A stretch of DNA of 64,000 nucleotides from Chiloscyllium plagiosum (taxonomy: Eukaryota): NCBI RefSeq assembly GCF_004010195.1, contig NC_057718.1, positions 9,702,910 through 9,766,909 on the forward strand, in the 5' to 3' direction. A program made the position numbers and the translations under genes. The notes under the pieces are model-generated. The model saw nothing but the letters and a program-made list of their open reading frames with translations. It searched no databases and was not told the DNA's origin. This document shows, piece after piece, positions 62,441 to 64,000 of the stretch. Numbering within the stretch: the stretch's first letter is position 1; the number at the start of each line of letters is the position of its first letter.

Positions 62441-62844
62441 TTGAACTCAATATTCTGCTCCCACTTTCTCTCAATTCCTTTGATCCTTCTAGCTCTGAGA
62501 ACTATACCTAAATCCTTCTTGAAAACTTTTTTTGTTCATTCACGGGATGGGGATGTCGCTGGCTAGGTTATCGTTTAGCGCCCATCGCTAATTGCCGAAA
62601 GGACAGTAAAGAGTCAACCAACATTCAATGCTTTGGCCACAACCGCTTTCTGTGGCAGAGAATTCCACAGGCTCATCACTTTCTGAGTGAAGACATTTTT
62701 CCTTATTTCAATACCAAATGGTCTGTATCCTCACACTGTGATCTGTAGTTCTTGACTCCCTTGTCATCAGGAACATCCTTCCTGCATTTACTTTGTATAA
62801 CCCTGTTGGAATTTTATGGGTTTCTATAAGATAGACCTCTCAGT

Positions 62845-64000
62845 CATAGAATCATAGAGTCAGACATCATGGAAACAGACCCTTTGGGGTCATACCCACC
62901 ATGTTCCCAACTAGTCCCACATGCCTGTGTTTGGTCCATATCCCTCCAAACCTTTCCTATTCATGTACTTATCCAAATGTATTTTAAACGTTGTAACTAT
63001 ATCTGCATTCACCACTTCCTCTGGCAGTTCTTTCCACGCACAAACCATTCTCTGTGTAAAAACATTGCCCCTTGTGTCCTTTTTAAATCCTTCTCCCCTC
63101 ACTTTAAAACCAAACCCCCAGTTATGAATTCCCCAACCTGGGGGAAAGACCCTTGTCATTCACCGTATCTATGCTCCTCACGATTGTACAAACCTCAATA
63201 AAAGTTCACCCCTCAACCTCCTTCACTCCAGTGAAAAAAGTCCCCGTATTTCCAGTCTTTTTTTTATCTCGAACCCTTCATTCCCAGCAATGAATATAGT
63301 CCCGCTGACCCAGTCCCTCTTCAAACACCAGCCCTGCCAACCCAGGAATCAATGCGGTGAACTTTGCTGCACTCCCTCCATAGCTAGAACATCCTTCCTC
63401 AGGTAAGTAGGCCAAAACGTCACACAGTTGGCATGCAAATACTAACCTCAAAGTAAAATGCTCAGGCAGCTGCCAACCTACAAAATGAAGTTTGGGATGT
63501 GGAATGTCAGAACTCCCACAGACAACCCCAGCAATGAAATGATATCTTTTCTTAAAGGTACTGCTCACTGTACTTCAAGTGTGGTCTTACCAACACCTTG
63601 TACATTTGCAGTAAACTTCCCTACTCTTATACTTCAACCCTTTTGAAATGAGGGCCCACATCTCATTAGCTTTTCTGATTACCTGCTGTCCCTGTGTGCT
63701 AGCTTTCTGTGTATCCCGCACTAGTTCCCCCAAGTCCTTTGCTGTTGCAGCTTCCTGCTGTTTCTCTCCAATTAAATAATACTGCATATCTGCCCCCCCT
63801 TCCAAAGTGAACAATTTCAAAATTTATCTACATTATACTCCATTTACCAACTGTTTGCACACTTAATCTATCAATAGATCTCTCTAAACCATTTACATCC
63901 TCTTGCAACTTACCTTTCCACCTATTTTTGTGGAGTCTGCAAATTTGGCTACAATCCATTGACTTCCTTCCTTAAGGTCTTTATTATATGTTGTAAATAG
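62845..64000 (-). mobile_element. CR1 LINE fragments
   Basis: FKVRGEGFKKDTRGNVFTQR; KANEMWALISKGL; FADS remnant. Confidence 0.8.

Overview
Vertebrate genomic DNA from a cartilaginous fish, most likely a shark (inferred from abundant HE1-type SINEs and HER1/CR1-type LINEs). It has four assembly gaps. The window holds one complete multi-exon gene on the minus strand, ECT2L (F-box + DUF4347-like + RhoGEF DH-PH). I reconstructed 22 coding exons by hand from 56542 to 2254. All splice phases are compatible, giving 3090 nt and 1029 aa, and there is a possible in-frame first exon near 60312-60361 next to a perfect RFX X-box. The introns are filled with CR1 LINEs, tRNA-headed SINEs, Penelope-like elements (PLEs) and minisatellites. 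Highlights: (1) an extra ECT2L exon that completes a Dpy-30/RIIa-like dimerisation motif and is absent from the human protein as I recall it; (2) a GC-AG intron and a 92-nt micro-intron; (3) many minimal hammerhead-ribozyme motifs from at least two covarying PLE families, often in tiny (130-210 bp) hairpin elements with 10-16 bp target-site duplications; (4) an 85-bp perfect palindrome carrying two head-to-head ribozymes; (5) a ~710-bp intronic duplication later split by a CR1 insertion; (6) a SINE-derived 33-bp minisatellite with higher-order structure. Comparisons with human ECT2L and repeat-family names come from memory, not from a database search.
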